Both the position numbers and the translations under genes were made by a program. From Macrostomum hystrix (taxonomy: Eukaryota; Animalia; Platyhelminthes), in assembly GCA_950097015.1 (NCBI GenBank), contig CATNEN010000009.1:1612001-1676000 (forward strand): 64,000 nt of DNA, in the 5' to 3' direction. The notes under the pieces are model-generated. The model saw only the letters and a program-made list of their open reading frames with translations. It did not search any database and had not been told where the DNA came from. This document shows, one piece after another, positions 48,806 through 60,833 of the stretch (positions are counted from its first letter, which is position 1; each line of letters opens with the position of its first letter).

Positions 48806-51120
48806 AGTTCAAGATTCCTACAAGAATCCTTCTAGAATCCTACAAGAATCCGACAAGAATCCGGATAGAATCCAACAAGATTCCCTCAAGAATCCTACAA
48901 TAATCCTTCAAGAATCCTACAAGAATCCTACAAGAATCCTAGAGAATCCTACAAGAATCCTAGAGAATCCTACAAGAATCCTAGAGAATACTACAAGAAT
49001 CCTACAAGAGTCCTAGAGAATCCTACAAGAATCCTAGAGAATCCTACAAGAATCCTAGAGAATACTACAAGAATCCTACAAGAGTCCTAGAGAATCCTAC
49101 AAGAATCCTAGAGAATCCTACAAGAATCCTACAAGAGTCCTAGAGAATCCTACAAGAGTCCTAGAGAATCCTACAAGAGTCCTAGAGAATCCTACAAGAG
49201 TCCTAGAGAATCCTACAAGAATCCTAGAGAATACTACAAGAATCCTACAAGAGTCCTAGAGAATCCTACAAGAATCCTAGAGAATCCTACAAGAATCCTA
49301 GAGAATCCTACAAGAATCCTAGAGAATACTACAAGAATCCTACAAGAGTCCTAGAGAATCCTACAAGAATCCTAGAGAATCCTACAAGAATCCTAGAGAA
49401 TCCTACAAGAATCCTACAAGAACCCTACAAGAACCCTACAAGTATCCTACAAGTATCCTACAAGAATCCTACAAGAACCCTACAAGAATCCTACAAGAAT
49501 CCTACAAGAATCCTACAAGTATCCTACATGAATCCTAAAATAATTCCTTGTAGAATCCTAAAATAATCCTACAATAATCCTAGAGAATCCTACAAGAATC
49601 CTACAAGAATCCTACAAGAATCCTACAAGAACCCTACAAGTATCCTACAAGAATCCTACAAGAATCCTACAAGAACCCTACAAGTATCCTACAAGAATCC
49701 TATAAGAATCCTACAAGAACCCTACAAGAATCCTACAAGAATCCTACAAGAACCCTACAAGTATCCTACAAGTATCCTACAAGAATCCTACAAGAACCCT
49801 ACAAGAACCCTACAAGTATCCTACAAGTATCCTTCAAGAATCCTACAAGAACCCTACAAGAATCCTACAAGAATCCTACAAGAACCCTACAAGAATCCTA
49901 CAAGAATCCTAGAGAATCCTACAAGAATCCTAGAGAATCCTACAAGAATCCTAGAGAATACTACAAGAATCCTACAAGAGTCCTAGAGAATCCTACAAGA
50001 ATCCTAGAGAATCCTACAAGAATCCTAGAGAATACTACAAGAATCCTACAAGAGTCCTAGAGAATCCTACAAGAATCCTAGAGAATCCTACAAGAATCCT
50101 ACAAGAGTCCTAGAGAATCCTACAAGAGTCCTAGAGAATCCTACAAGAGTCCTAGAGAATCCTACAAGAGTCCTAGAGAATCCTACAAGAGTCCTAGAGA
50201 ATCCTACAAGAATCCTAGAGAATACTACAAGAATCCTACAAGAGTCCTAGAGAATCCTACAAGAATCCTAGAGAATCCTACAAGAATCCTAGAGAATCCT
50301 ACAAGAATCCTAGAGAATACTACAAGAATCCTACAAGAGTCCTAGAGAATCCTACAAGAATCCTAGAGAATCCTACAAGAATCCTAGAGAATCCTACAAG
50401 AATCCTACAAGAACCCTACAAGAACCCTACAAGTATCCTACAAGTATCCTACAAGAATCCTACAAGAACCCTACAAGAATCCTACAAGAATCCTACAAGA
50501 ATCCTACAAGTATCCTACATGAATCCTAAAATAATTCCTTGTAGAATCCTAAAATAATCCTACAATAATCCTAGAGAATCCTACAAGAATCCTACAAGAA
50601 TCCTACAAGAATCCTACAAGAACCCTACAAGTATCCTACAAGAATCCTACAAGAATCCTACAAGAACCCTACAAGTATCCTACAAGAATCCTACAAGAAT
50701 CCTACAAGAACCCTACAAGAACCCTACAAGTATCCTACAAGTATCCTATAAGAATCCTACAAGAACCCTACAAGAATCCTACAAGAATCCTACAAGAACC
50801 CTACAAGTATCCTACAAGTATCCTACAAGAATCCTACAAGAACCCTACAAGAACCCTACAAGTATCCTACAAGTATCCTTCAAGAATCCTACAAGAACCC
50901 TACAAGAATCCTACAAGAATCCTACAAGAACCCTACAAGAACCCTACAAGTATCCTACAAGTATCCTTCAATAATCCTACAAGAACCCTACAAGAATCCT
51001 ACAAGAATCCTACAAGAACCCTACAAGAACCCTACAAGTATCCTACAAGAATCCTACAAGAATCCTACAAGAACCCTACAAGAATCCTACAAGAATCCTA
51101 CAAGAATCCTACAAAAATTC
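48806..51120. repeat. 2.3-kb 10/11-bp satellite (AAGAATCCTAC / AGAGAATCCT)n with a 991-bp higher-order duplication
   Basis: Landmark TACATGAATCCTAAAATAATTCCTTGTAGAATCC at 49525 and 50516. Confidence 0.97.
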
Positions 51121-51469
51121 CTTGTAGAATTTCCAGAGGGTTCGAGGCTCGGACCGAGGTCTGTGAGCATTGTCGTGGCCAGCTGCTGGTGAAAATTACT
51201 CCACCTAAGAATCGTGAAAATTCCCAAAATTTGAGCTGGCTCTCACACTCACTCAATTCTCGCAGCACGCCACACATCAGTTTCATGCTGAAATAATGTA
51301 TACTCACTCTTACAGTTCAACCTGTCAATTCCCTAATGCCCCGTACTCTCATGCGCTAGAGACTTATTGGCTTCCATAGCAACGAAAATCAATACAAGGC
51401 GAAAGCAATATGGGCTTGCTAGCGCAGAGACAAAGCCAGACCCTGCTCAGCCTGCTCTTCCCTGTCTCG

Positions 51470-52097
51470 TCTCTTCTGCCTTATCTCTCCCCTGTCTGAT
51501 CTCTCCCCTGCCTTATCTCTCCCCTGCCTTATCTCTCCCCTGCCTAATCTCTCCCCTGCCTCATCTCTCCCCTGCCACATCTCTCCCCTGCCTTATCTCT
51601 CCCCTGCCTTATCTCTCCCCTGCCTTATCTCTCCCCTGTCTCATCTCTCCCCTGCCTAATCTCTCCCCTGCCTCATCTCTCCCCTGCCACATCTCTCCCC
51701 TGCCTTATCTCTCCCCTGCCTTATCTCTCCCCTGCCTTATCTCTCCCCTGCCTTATCTCTCCCCTGCCTTATCTCTCCCCTGCCTTATCTCTCCCCTGTC
51801 TCATCTCTCCCCTGCCTTATCTCTCCCCTGCCTTATCTCTCCCCTGCCTTATCTCTCCCCTGCCTTATCTCTCCCCTGCCTTATCTCTCCCCTGCCTTAT
51901 CTCTCCCCTGCCTTATCTCTCCCCTGCCTTATCTCTCCCCTGTCTCATCTCTCCCCTGCCTTATCTCTCCCCTGCCTTATCTCTCCCCTGCCTTATCTCT
52001 CCCCTGCCTTATCTCTCCCCTGCCTTATCTCTCCCCTGTCTCATCTCTCCCCTGCCTTATCTCTCCCCTGTCTCATCTCTTCCCTGCCTTATCTCTA
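51470..52097. repeat. 16-bp pyrimidine-rich minisatellite (CCCTGCCTTATCTCTC)n
   Basis: Directly visible. Confidence 0.96.
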
Positions 52098-52452
52098 AGG
52101 AAGTCCAGTCTTCAATGCTCTATACTGGTTGCCCCACCCCAGCTGCGCAGCCGAGCCACCCCAGCTGCTTAAGTGAGTGAGTGCCCTTTCTGTCCTATCT
52201 CTCAGGTCAGAAGGAAGCCAGGAAATTGCCCAGCCAGTCATAGCTGGGGATTCAATACGGGGTCCAATAGAAAGGCTCGGCAGGTTTAGCCTGTTGCCAA
52301 AGCCAAGGCCATATAATTATCATCCACAGCAATTGCAGCTCGAACGAATTGCCCACTGCGCTTGATGTGAGCTTCGACTCTGCAACAGCTCAGCACGGTA
52401 AGTGGCATCAGTGGGAGCAATAGGAATGCGGTACTAGGCTTCGCACGCGCGA

Positions 52453-52755
52453 AGCTTATCGAAGCTTATCGAAGCTTATCAAAGCTTATCGAGTGCAAAT
52501 CGAAGCTTATCGAGTGCAAATCGAAGCTTATCGAAGCTTATCGAAGCTTATCGAAGCTTATCGAAGCTTATCGAAGCTTATCGAAGCTTATAGAAGCTTA
52601 TCGAAGCTTATCGAAGCTTATCGAAGCTTATCGAAGCTTATCGAAGCTTATCGAAGCTTATCGAAGCTTATCGAGTGCAAATCGAAGCTTATCGAAGCTT
52701 ATCGAAGCTTATCGAAGCTTATCGAGTGCAAATCGAAGCTTATCGAAGCTTATCG
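52453..52755. repeat. 10-bp minisatellite (GAAGCTTATC)n with interspersed GAGTGCAAATC units
   Basis: Directly visible. Confidence 0.96.
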
Positions 52756-52999
52756 CCCCTGTGTACCCTTGGCAAAATATGCTGCCAAATAGCTGATTGT
52801 TGGAGTAACAGAAAGCTTGATTGCATGAGTGAGTGAGTCGTTTACAGGTGGCATTTGACCCCCCAACAGCAGTGGAGTTGGGGCTATTGTGATTCTCCAA
52901 TTGTGATTGTGATCTAAGAAAATATTTGTACAATGTACTAAGGCGGAGAGAAACATCATTTTGTATACCTTACTACCTATATTTGAAGGAGGTTGTAGC

Positions 53000-53075
53000 C
53001 TCCTCGATTCCCGAGGGGTTCGATTCCCGACTCCAATGGAAAAATTTGTGTCCTTTAGCAAGATACTTAACTTAT
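53000..53075 (+). mobile_element. SINE family A fragment
   Basis: GGGGTTCGATTCCCGACTCCAATGGAAAAATTTGTGTCCTTTAGCAAGATACTTAACT. Confidence 0.7.
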
Positions 53076-53801
53076 GATAAGAATGCGGTTCCTGGCTTCA
53101 CGTGCAGCTTATCGAGTGTAAATAGGAAAGCGGTTCTGGGCTTCTGGGGGGTGTTTTAAGAACTGCGTCTTAAGACTGACTCCTAAGTTCCAACTTAGGC
53201 TCGAACTTAAGACTGAGCCGTAAATGCGTTTTACAAACACTTAGGAGTCACTTCTAACCTCGATCTTAGCTAAGGTCGAGCTTTTTTTGTGGACGAGAAA
53301 GTTTAAGATAGGCTTGACCATTGACTAATTCCGCGTGGCGTCAAACTTTAGCCGTTTTACGAGTATATATGCCCTATTTTAGCCAGCAGAGACAGGGTCA
53401 CAGCAATTATAGTACTTCTTTGGTTGCGGATTTCAACGAAGTGTGTATTTAACGACAAATTCGATATAACATCAATGTTCAAACCACAATAATGGCAATG
53501 CATTCATCGTGCATCTAACGCCAGTAGCGTGCGTTTAATGCAATAAACGCACGCTGAAACAGGAACAGATATATTTAATTACGAACTCAACAGGGATATT
53601 AAATATTCAAACAGTGAACATGCAGTCTATTAATATTGTCAGCTCACGCGTAGTTCGATCTGATTTAGTGATTAAAAACGCAGTTGTGCAATGTACCGTG
53701 TATGTTGTAGATCACTGTAGGCCTGCCATTGCCGGTAGTGTTGGTTAGTATCGTTGCGGTGGCGATATCAGTTGTTCCACGAGTGTTCAGAGTCTGGCTC
53801 A

Positions 53802-56780
53802 TCACTGTCGATCGACCATCACAGCCCGTTGATCTTGCTTGGGCAGTTCAACAGTTGTGTCAACAAGCTCTTCGTATGTAGGAGTCGAGTCACTACCCCG
53901 ATGCAGTGCACGTGCCAGGCTATCGGACATGCCCCGCATATCCGCATCTCGTCGCGAAGCAAATCTCAAACAACAACAACAACAAAGTACGCTGTCAGGT
54001 GGAATAGGCAGCGTCACAGTGCACGCTTCAGAGCCTGGGCGCGAACAAAGGCCGCACCGCCGGCAGTGTCCGGGGCGCCAGCATCGGCCAGCAGGCAGTA
54101 GACGAAACGCCGAGTTCGGGCCTGGCCGCGCCGGTAGGGTGCCTGCAGCGTTAGCAGCAGCACCTACTGCACCGGCTGCGGGCAGTAGGACTCGGCGCGG
54201 ATGATGTGGCCTGCCAGCTGGAGTCGCCGAAGTCGCAGCAGCTCACTTGGACGGGCCAGGCCGGCGCGGCGATAGAATACCGGGTTAGTGATCCGCTCGT
54301 CGCTGATCTTAAAGGCGGCACGCAGCAGGCCAGCGTGCTCCGCGTTGACTTGCTGTTCTAGCGAATCCGTCAGCGTCCACGTCTCGGCGTTGTACAACAG
54401 GACGGTCTCGACCACCGCCTGGAACAGCGCCGCCCTCTGGCGATCAGGTAGCGCCTCGGACTGCAGGACCGCCCTCACAGAACGAAAGGCAGCCCAAGCG
54501 AGCCCGCGGCGACGCCGCAGATCTTCGCGGACGTCAGGTACCAGACCGCCGAGGTAGACGAGCTGCTGACAGCGCGGAATCTCCGTTACCTGCACGTCAG
54601 CGCTTCGGCAGAAAATTGCGGCCTCGATGTCGCTCGGCAAGCAGAGCACAACGGTCTTCTTCGTGTTGACCAACAGGCCGACGCTCGCTGCAGCGCTAGC
54701 CAGCTTATCCAGCTGGCGCTGGGCGTCCTCTACGGTCGAGGACAGCAGGGCGAGGTCATCGGCGTAGCCAAGCACGCTGAGCCGCTTCTCCGGTTGACGT
54801 CGACCCACGCGTCGACGCAGTAGGAAGCCGTCTTCGTCGGTAGGAAGAGCAGTTCGTAGCACCCAGTCAAGCACCAGGACGAACAGGAACGGCGCTAGAG
54901 TGTCCCCCTGGAGCACCCCGGAGGATGTCTCGAGGGGGTCCGACAGGCCGTCCGGCGTCATCACAGCTGCTCTCGTAGCACAGTACAACGCCATGATGGC
55001 GGAGATCAGCTGTTCTGGCACATGGTACGCGCGGAGCACATGTGGGAGCGCAGCCCTCGCAACCGAGTCGAAAGCCTTCATGAAGTCAATGAAGACAACG
55101 ATCAGGTCCAACTGGCGCGTGCGCGCCTCCTCGATGATTCGGCGAAGAGCTAGGATCTGCGTCACTGTGCCACGGTGGGGCCGAAACCCGTTCTGCTCAG
55201 GTCGCAGGTAGGGATCCAGCACGGGTTGCAACCGCGATAGCAGCATCTGGTTGAACAACTTCGCAGCACAGGATTGCAGGCAGATGCCTCGGTGCTCGTC
55301 TAGCCGCGTAGTGCCCGGCTTCTTTGGAATGGCGATGATGTGCGCCATGGTCCACTCAGTGTGTGCCACCTCACCGGAGAGCACGCGGTTCATCACACGG
55401 GCGACCTCACTGGCCACACAGTGGATGCGCAGCGCCTCGATGGGCACCTCGTCCGGACCCAGCGCCTTGCCGCCCGGCGTCTTCTGGGCGAGCATTACGA
55501 CTTCAGCCATGGTGACTGGTGCAACGTTAAAACTGTCCTCTGATGGCAACGGCGTCTCTGGCGGCAGCGTCAGGATGTTGGGCAGCGGGGGTGGCGGCGC
55601 ATTGACAATGGCGGCGAAAAACTCGCGAATTGGATTCAAATCTCAAATACCGTTCTACCGTCCGCGTCTGTTTGTGTCCAGTCACCTTACAGATATCGGA
55701 GACGCTATAGCCGGCATCAGCCAACTCTTTCACAACAGTAGAGCGAATGCAGTGATTGGTATACTTTTTTGTCAAAGTCGCCTTCGTTGAAATGATCGCC
55801 ATCATTTGTCCTAGCGTGTCGACGCCCACAGGCTTGTTGGGATAGTACCACGCTCCATTCTTCCAGCCGGTCAGTTTAGGTTGTAGCCAGAATGCATGCT
55901 TTTGGATATTGCCAGAAATGTCACCAGGGATGGACTCACGACGCTTGGTAAGATAAAGCTTGAGTGCTTCGACGGGGCAACGACTCTTATCTAGCAACGA
56001 ATTCATTACCGCTTCCTTGACGTCCTCGCAAGACATTCGCGACAAATCGTTTCCAACATTCTTAGTCTTTCCAGTTATAAAGGTGACAACTTCACATCCA
56101 TCAGAGTCTGTCTTGAACACAAGTGAGTCCGCGTCCATTGAACGGAACCATTCCCGCCCTCGGTTGCCAAAGTAATAGACAATGCTATAGAACACCTCAT
56201 GCTGTAAGGCAGTCGGGGACTTCCGATCAAAATATTCCGATAGGCGTCGCAGATCCTCGGTTTCCATCGTTTGGTAGTGCTGGACTTAACCGCCGCTAGC
56301 AATGAAGATGCGACTCAATTACTCCAGCGTTTCATTTGACTGGTGGAATTCGTAGGATGTTCAGTTTTCTGGTTTTGATGAAATGGCGGTATAGTGCAGC
56401 ACGAATACACACTAGAGTAGCCGGAGCATAGTATTCTCCGTCCTTCCGACGGAGCGTACCGTAAAAGTATCGTAGCGTGGAGTCGAGCTTCATTGAAGTC
56501 GCAGTCGTCAAATCACATTCTGTAGACGGATGGTCGCCTATAAAATATTTTTGTCGCTTTACCCAATACTCCGTGGCACAGGTAACATTTTTCACAAACA
56601 GCAGTGTCCTCTAGTTCCTGGACAATTTTTCCAGATATTCGATCTCGTTCTCTTCAGTAGGTAGTGATTCGAAAATCGAATCCAGCAATTGCTGATCGTC
56701 GCTAGTAATCGCAGGCTCAGGGAGTGTATCCGAATCAGCCAAGAAATCCTCGATTTGATCCGTAGTCATTCCAGAAATCA
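53802..56780 (-). mobile_element. Crypton-type tyrosine-recombinase transposon gene (decayed), interrupted by a LINE
   Basis: LDSTLRYFYGTLRRKDGEYYAPATL..IRAAL.RH; YYFGNRGRE (R); RCPVEALKLYL; NHCIRST (HxxR); TGHK (H); ERYLRF (Y). The frame resumes (ASRRDADMRGMSDSL) beyond the LINE. Stops and a frameshift lie in the N-terminal half. Confidence 0.85.
53971..55636 (-). mobile_element. 5'-truncated RTE-type non-LTR retrotransposon (RT domain), (TTG)n tail, 11-bp TSD CAAATCTCAAA
   Basis: RT motifs EQNGFR, FIDFMKAFDSV, GVLQGDTLAPFLF, GYADDL, YLG, LLYNAETWTL, RLQLAGHIIR. TSD at 53960-53970 and 55637-55647. One premature TAG at 54164-54166; the frame continues to about 54014. Confidence 0.92.
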
Positions 56781-56821
56781 TTTCATTTGGGAATTGCCGT
56801 AGGTCTATCAGCTTTACTTTT

Positions 56822-59800
56822 GTTAGATCCTGGCCAGACACATGGGTACAGAGCTGAAGCAGTGGTTGTACCACTGCATACACTTGTCTTGCGAGATGCT
56901 CTGGTTCAACGTCATGTCGGCGAAGCGCTGCAGTTCGTCCTTGCGATAAGCTGCCAACGAACGTCCAGCACGCGCCTCAGCAGATGAATTGATAAAAACG
57001 TCGCGGTATTCACTCAGTCCCCTCTTGATGGCAGCCTTCCACCCGGAGATTGCGCTTTCGACAGGTGTCAGGAAGGGGCTGTATTCTGAAATTCTGCGCC
57101 TCCAATGGCCTCTTGCAGTTCAGCGTTGTTGTGGCTGCTGACGTTGTCAAAAATCATGTACGCCCTTTGGTGCGGCCAGGCCATTTGAGCATTGCCTATC
57201 ACTATTTGCAGGAATTCAGCAAACCTGTCCTTTGTCATCCCGCGATCGTATGACTGATAGTGAATCACGCCAATCTGCGGTGAAACGGCAAGGCAGATCG
57301 TGATGCGATTGCCCTTCTGGCCAGCAACTGTTCGGTACGCTCTCTGACCTCGAAGCGCTCTTCCTTGCTGACGTCGCATCTAGCTATCGAAGCCGAACTC
57401 GTCGATTAACACTTTGGGAGCATTCACAACTTCGACAGAGCCAGGGACTACTAAATACTCGGGACGGGAAACGGCCAATTCATGCAGAAAAGTTTGAGTC
57501 CGATTTTTTTAGTTTTCTGCTGATCAGAATTTTACTCTTGGGAGTTTAGCTTTTTTGACACGTGAGCAAAAATTATACCTTTATAATTTGGAGCAACCAG
57601 TTTTAACCGAAACACTTTATGGACCGATCTGAAACACGTTTTTACAGTAACCCCAGATTCCGATGGGAACCTGCATGCAAAAAACTTGGACGCTCAAAGC
57701 AGCTAAAAGTCAATGTCTATGAGACAAACCAGTTGCGTGACTTGGCTAATGCACAAATAATGAACAGGCATGGTGGTGCTATATTTGCACTGGTTGGTGG
57801 CAATCACCCAACAAATAGAAGGTGCTTTGCCATGTTCAAGGATCAGTCACAGACGATCAGGATCAGTCACACAGGATTGGATTGGAATTGATGCGAATCA
57901 GCCAAGTCGTTTTTTATGATCCACGACATGGTTCACCTACTGAAGTCAATGGAAACAACTGGGAAATGGAACAAAATGGTACAGAAAAAATTCGCATTCA
58001 CAATTCGCGACACAACTGTCTCTGCCAAATGGGGCGACATCATAAAGGTTTTTAAGTCTGAGGAAAATAACATTGTACGCCCAGCAAATCTATCTCATGG
58101 AGCATGCTATCCAAATGGGATTCAAAAGACAAGCGCCTCACTTGCTCTGCAAGTATTTGATGACAAGGTGGCTGCTGCGCTTGAATGCGATGGACTTGGT
58201 GACTGCTAAATTTCTTCGATGTATAGTGAAGTTCTGGTAGACTGTGAACTGCCGCAATCCCCACTTGCACATTCGGCTTAACGACCCTGATCGAAAACTA
58301 ATTTCGTCTGCGTCTGATGAACGTCTCGGATTCTTGAGGTCACTGGCAGAAGCTGTGTCTGAGTGTGGGGGTGGTAGAGGCCGTGGTCGTCACCAGCGCT
58401 TTACTATAGGGAATGAAGACTGCACTTTGCCAGTCTTCTCGGCATTCTCGGCATTGCCAGCTGCTGGAAACAGGTTCTATGCAGTATGTACTGCTCTCTG
58501 AATTCCATATAGATCCCTTGGAAGGCGAGTTTGGTATTTACCGCCAAATGAGGCGGTAACTACTTCATTTCGGTAGAGCAAATACTACGCAGCGCCCGTC
58601 TGAGACGCATGAAGCTCTTCACGACACTCGAATTGCCAAGCATTCAACAATTTAATCACCAACAGAGCACTTGCACTAGTGATTTATCAGAGGACGAAGT
58701 AGGGACGCTCGACAGCTGCTGCAGTTCAGCGGAAAATCTGACGTCAAATGAGAATGCTTCTCTGTACTACATTGCAGGTAAGTTATACTGAGTTGTAAAA
58801 CTCATCATTGTTGTATGACACTTTGAAGTAACTACAGTGCACAAACTACCCGGAAACAACGAAGTTTATATTGCCGCCAAGGAAGGACTGCCTACGAACG
58901 CTGATGCCGGAGTTGGAGATATTGAAGCATTCGAATTTACGGAGATGGTCTCTCGGGGCAAGCTAGCGCATCCACCAGATTGGCTATTTCAGTTTTCGCG
59001 TCTCTGCTATGCCAGTTTCATTTCGCATTCGCCAAGCTGCGCTTCTCGAGTTTAGCAGCTGTTCCTGGCAATCGCTGACTGCTTTTTCCTATTTTCCACC
59101 TCTTCTGTAGCGCGCCGTCTTACCAACATCTTCTTCAAAGGACTCGTCCAGCGCTGCAAGACGACGGAGCAGCCAAGTGATGAGCGTGACCGTAAGTTGG
59201 TGAAACTGCGCAGTACTTCTCGGGTCTGAAACTTTGATGCATACAATTTCCTGTATGGTCATGTGTACTTTTATGTTATTATATTTAACATTGATTGCCT
59301 GCATTGTTCGTTGTCTGTGTTCTATCCTTATAGTTAGTTTCTTTGTTGTACACTTTGTTGAATGACCTTCTGCATCAAAGCCTACAATTCCTAGTTTGAC
59401 TTTGTTGTGTTGCGTGACATGCGCAGTATACATTATTTACTACAAACCGCAATATACTATATAATAAAACGCTTGAACTTGCATTGCTAGAATTATCCGA
59501 ATTTAGAAAAATGTACTAACTGTCTCCTGCCAGTTAGTGCCTTCTGCCTTCTGTCTTCATATCTTTTCGTGAAGTGGTTAGAAAAAATGCTGACAACGGC
59601 AAGTTATACGAGATAGGAGATAGGAGATAACTTAACATAACTTAACGATAACAATCACTCGTAGGAGATAACTTTTGTGCAAATATTGAAGAACTCACTT
59701 GCCACCATCAAAATTGAGACGAGCAGAAAACTTTGAAAATCGGACTCAAACTTTTCTGCATGAATTGCCGTTTCCCGTCCCGAGTATTTAGTAGTCCCTG

Positions 59801-60313
59801 GACAGAGCGCCACCAGTTGCAATAGTTGCAACTCGCTCAGCCAAGACTGCCGGGGAATTCCTTTCCGCCGGTACGTCACGAACAAGCTTGACCGTGTATG
59901 CGAGACCATCCAGTTGTCGGCTTAGTGTTGTCACCGAGACATTCCGCTTGTCTGGGAACCGGGCACGCAAACGGTCTTTCATCTCGACGAGGGTAAGAAC
60001 AGGATTATCGTCCAGTAGTTCGGCGCAGTGTTGCAACATCTGCTCGTCAAACTTTGCGTGCGTCCTTCCGCCCTTGGGTCGCCGTTCGCGACGACCTGAT
60101 CGTACAATGGAATATGCAGTCGATCTATTGATAATTGAGTCTTGCAAGACTGAAATAGTCTTGCCCGTTCTAATGGGCATCATGAAGGCGGGCTCTATCT
60201 CCGTTGGACACTCTTCCGTATGGCCCTCGGGCTTCCTCTTCTTCTTCTTCTTCCTCTTCTTCATCGCCCTCTTCTTCGAAGATTTCCTCGTCGAAGATTT
60301 CCTCCTCGATCAT
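56822..60313 (-). mobile_element. IS630/Tc1-mariner-type DDE transposase gene (decayed), split by a P element
   Basis: Acidic N-terminus, then HTH (INRSTAYSIV...DDNPVLTL.EMKDRL...VSVTTLSRQL) at 59.8-60.3 kb. Catalytic half LIDE.GF...FDNVSSH...YSPFLTPVE...CMQWYNHC at 56.8-57.44 kb. Several frameshifts; TIRs not identified. Confidence 0.82.
57442..59800 (+). mobile_element. P-element superfamily DNA transposon (internally deleted, decayed) with about 65-bp TIRs and 8-bp TSD GACAGAGC
   Basis: TIR CAGGGACTACTAAATACTCGGGACGGGAAACGG..AATTCATGCAGAAAAGTTTGAGTCCGATTTT at both ends. GACAGAGC at 57434-57441 and 59801-59808. Transposase fragments HLLKS, W.DI...F..E, SLALQVF, DPLEGEFG..RQ, LYYIAG, SRGKL..P. 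Confidence 0.9.
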
Positions 60314-60550
60314 AGCCGTTGCTCTAGTGTCTCTTTGAGAGTGGTCGTGTAGAAAGCATACGTGTCAGAAAGCAGGCTTCTGTGGGCTTTCTCTTGTATG
60401 GTCTGTACATATATTGGATGTGATTGGGATATTTATGGTTGAAACTGAATGCAAGATGCCGAAATCAAATGAGAGTTCTACACGCTACAACCCCCTCTTA
60501 CCATAAACAGGACAGTAGCTTTTGCGACGGTATGAAATCGAATGCCAGTT

Positions 60551-60745
60551 GCCGAAATTGGAATGCTGCTTGTTGAATTTGAATGTTGATTTGTCAAGCT
60601 AATTATAAACTGACGAATTTGATTGTCGGCTTGAATGTCGGCCGAAATTGAATGCTGCTTGTTGAATTTGAATGTTGATTTGTCAAGCTAATTATAAACT
60701 GACGAATTTGATTGTCGGCTTGAATGTCGGCCGAAATTGAATGCG
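60551..60745. repeat. About 89-bp direct tandem duplication just upstream of the EHD start
   Basis: GCCGAAATTG at 60551, 60641 and 60730. Confidence 0.92.
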
Positions 60746-60833
60746 AGTTTTGTTGAAATTGAACGGAAAAAATTGTACAATAATTAAGCAGTCCAGAATC
60801 TGTTCAAATTTCAGAGCTGTCCAGCCTGTGGCA

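Noticed and set aside
60200-60264. Poly-lysine NLS start MKKRKKKKKRK
   Set aside because: It is an alternative frame of the GAA-rich acidic leader, produced by a frameshift in the decayed transposase.
53800-60500. Fanzor/TnpB-type RNA-guided nuclease cargo in the Crypton, Tc1 or P elements
   Set aside because: I looked for RuvC and zinc-finger motifs in the provided frames and saw none. All ORF pieces are explained by YR, RT or DDE proteins.
56780-60750. Terminal inverted repeats and TA duplication for the Tc1-like element
   Set aside because: I found no convincing inverted match between the 56.8 kb and 60.4-60.75 kb regions, so the element boundaries are left undefined.
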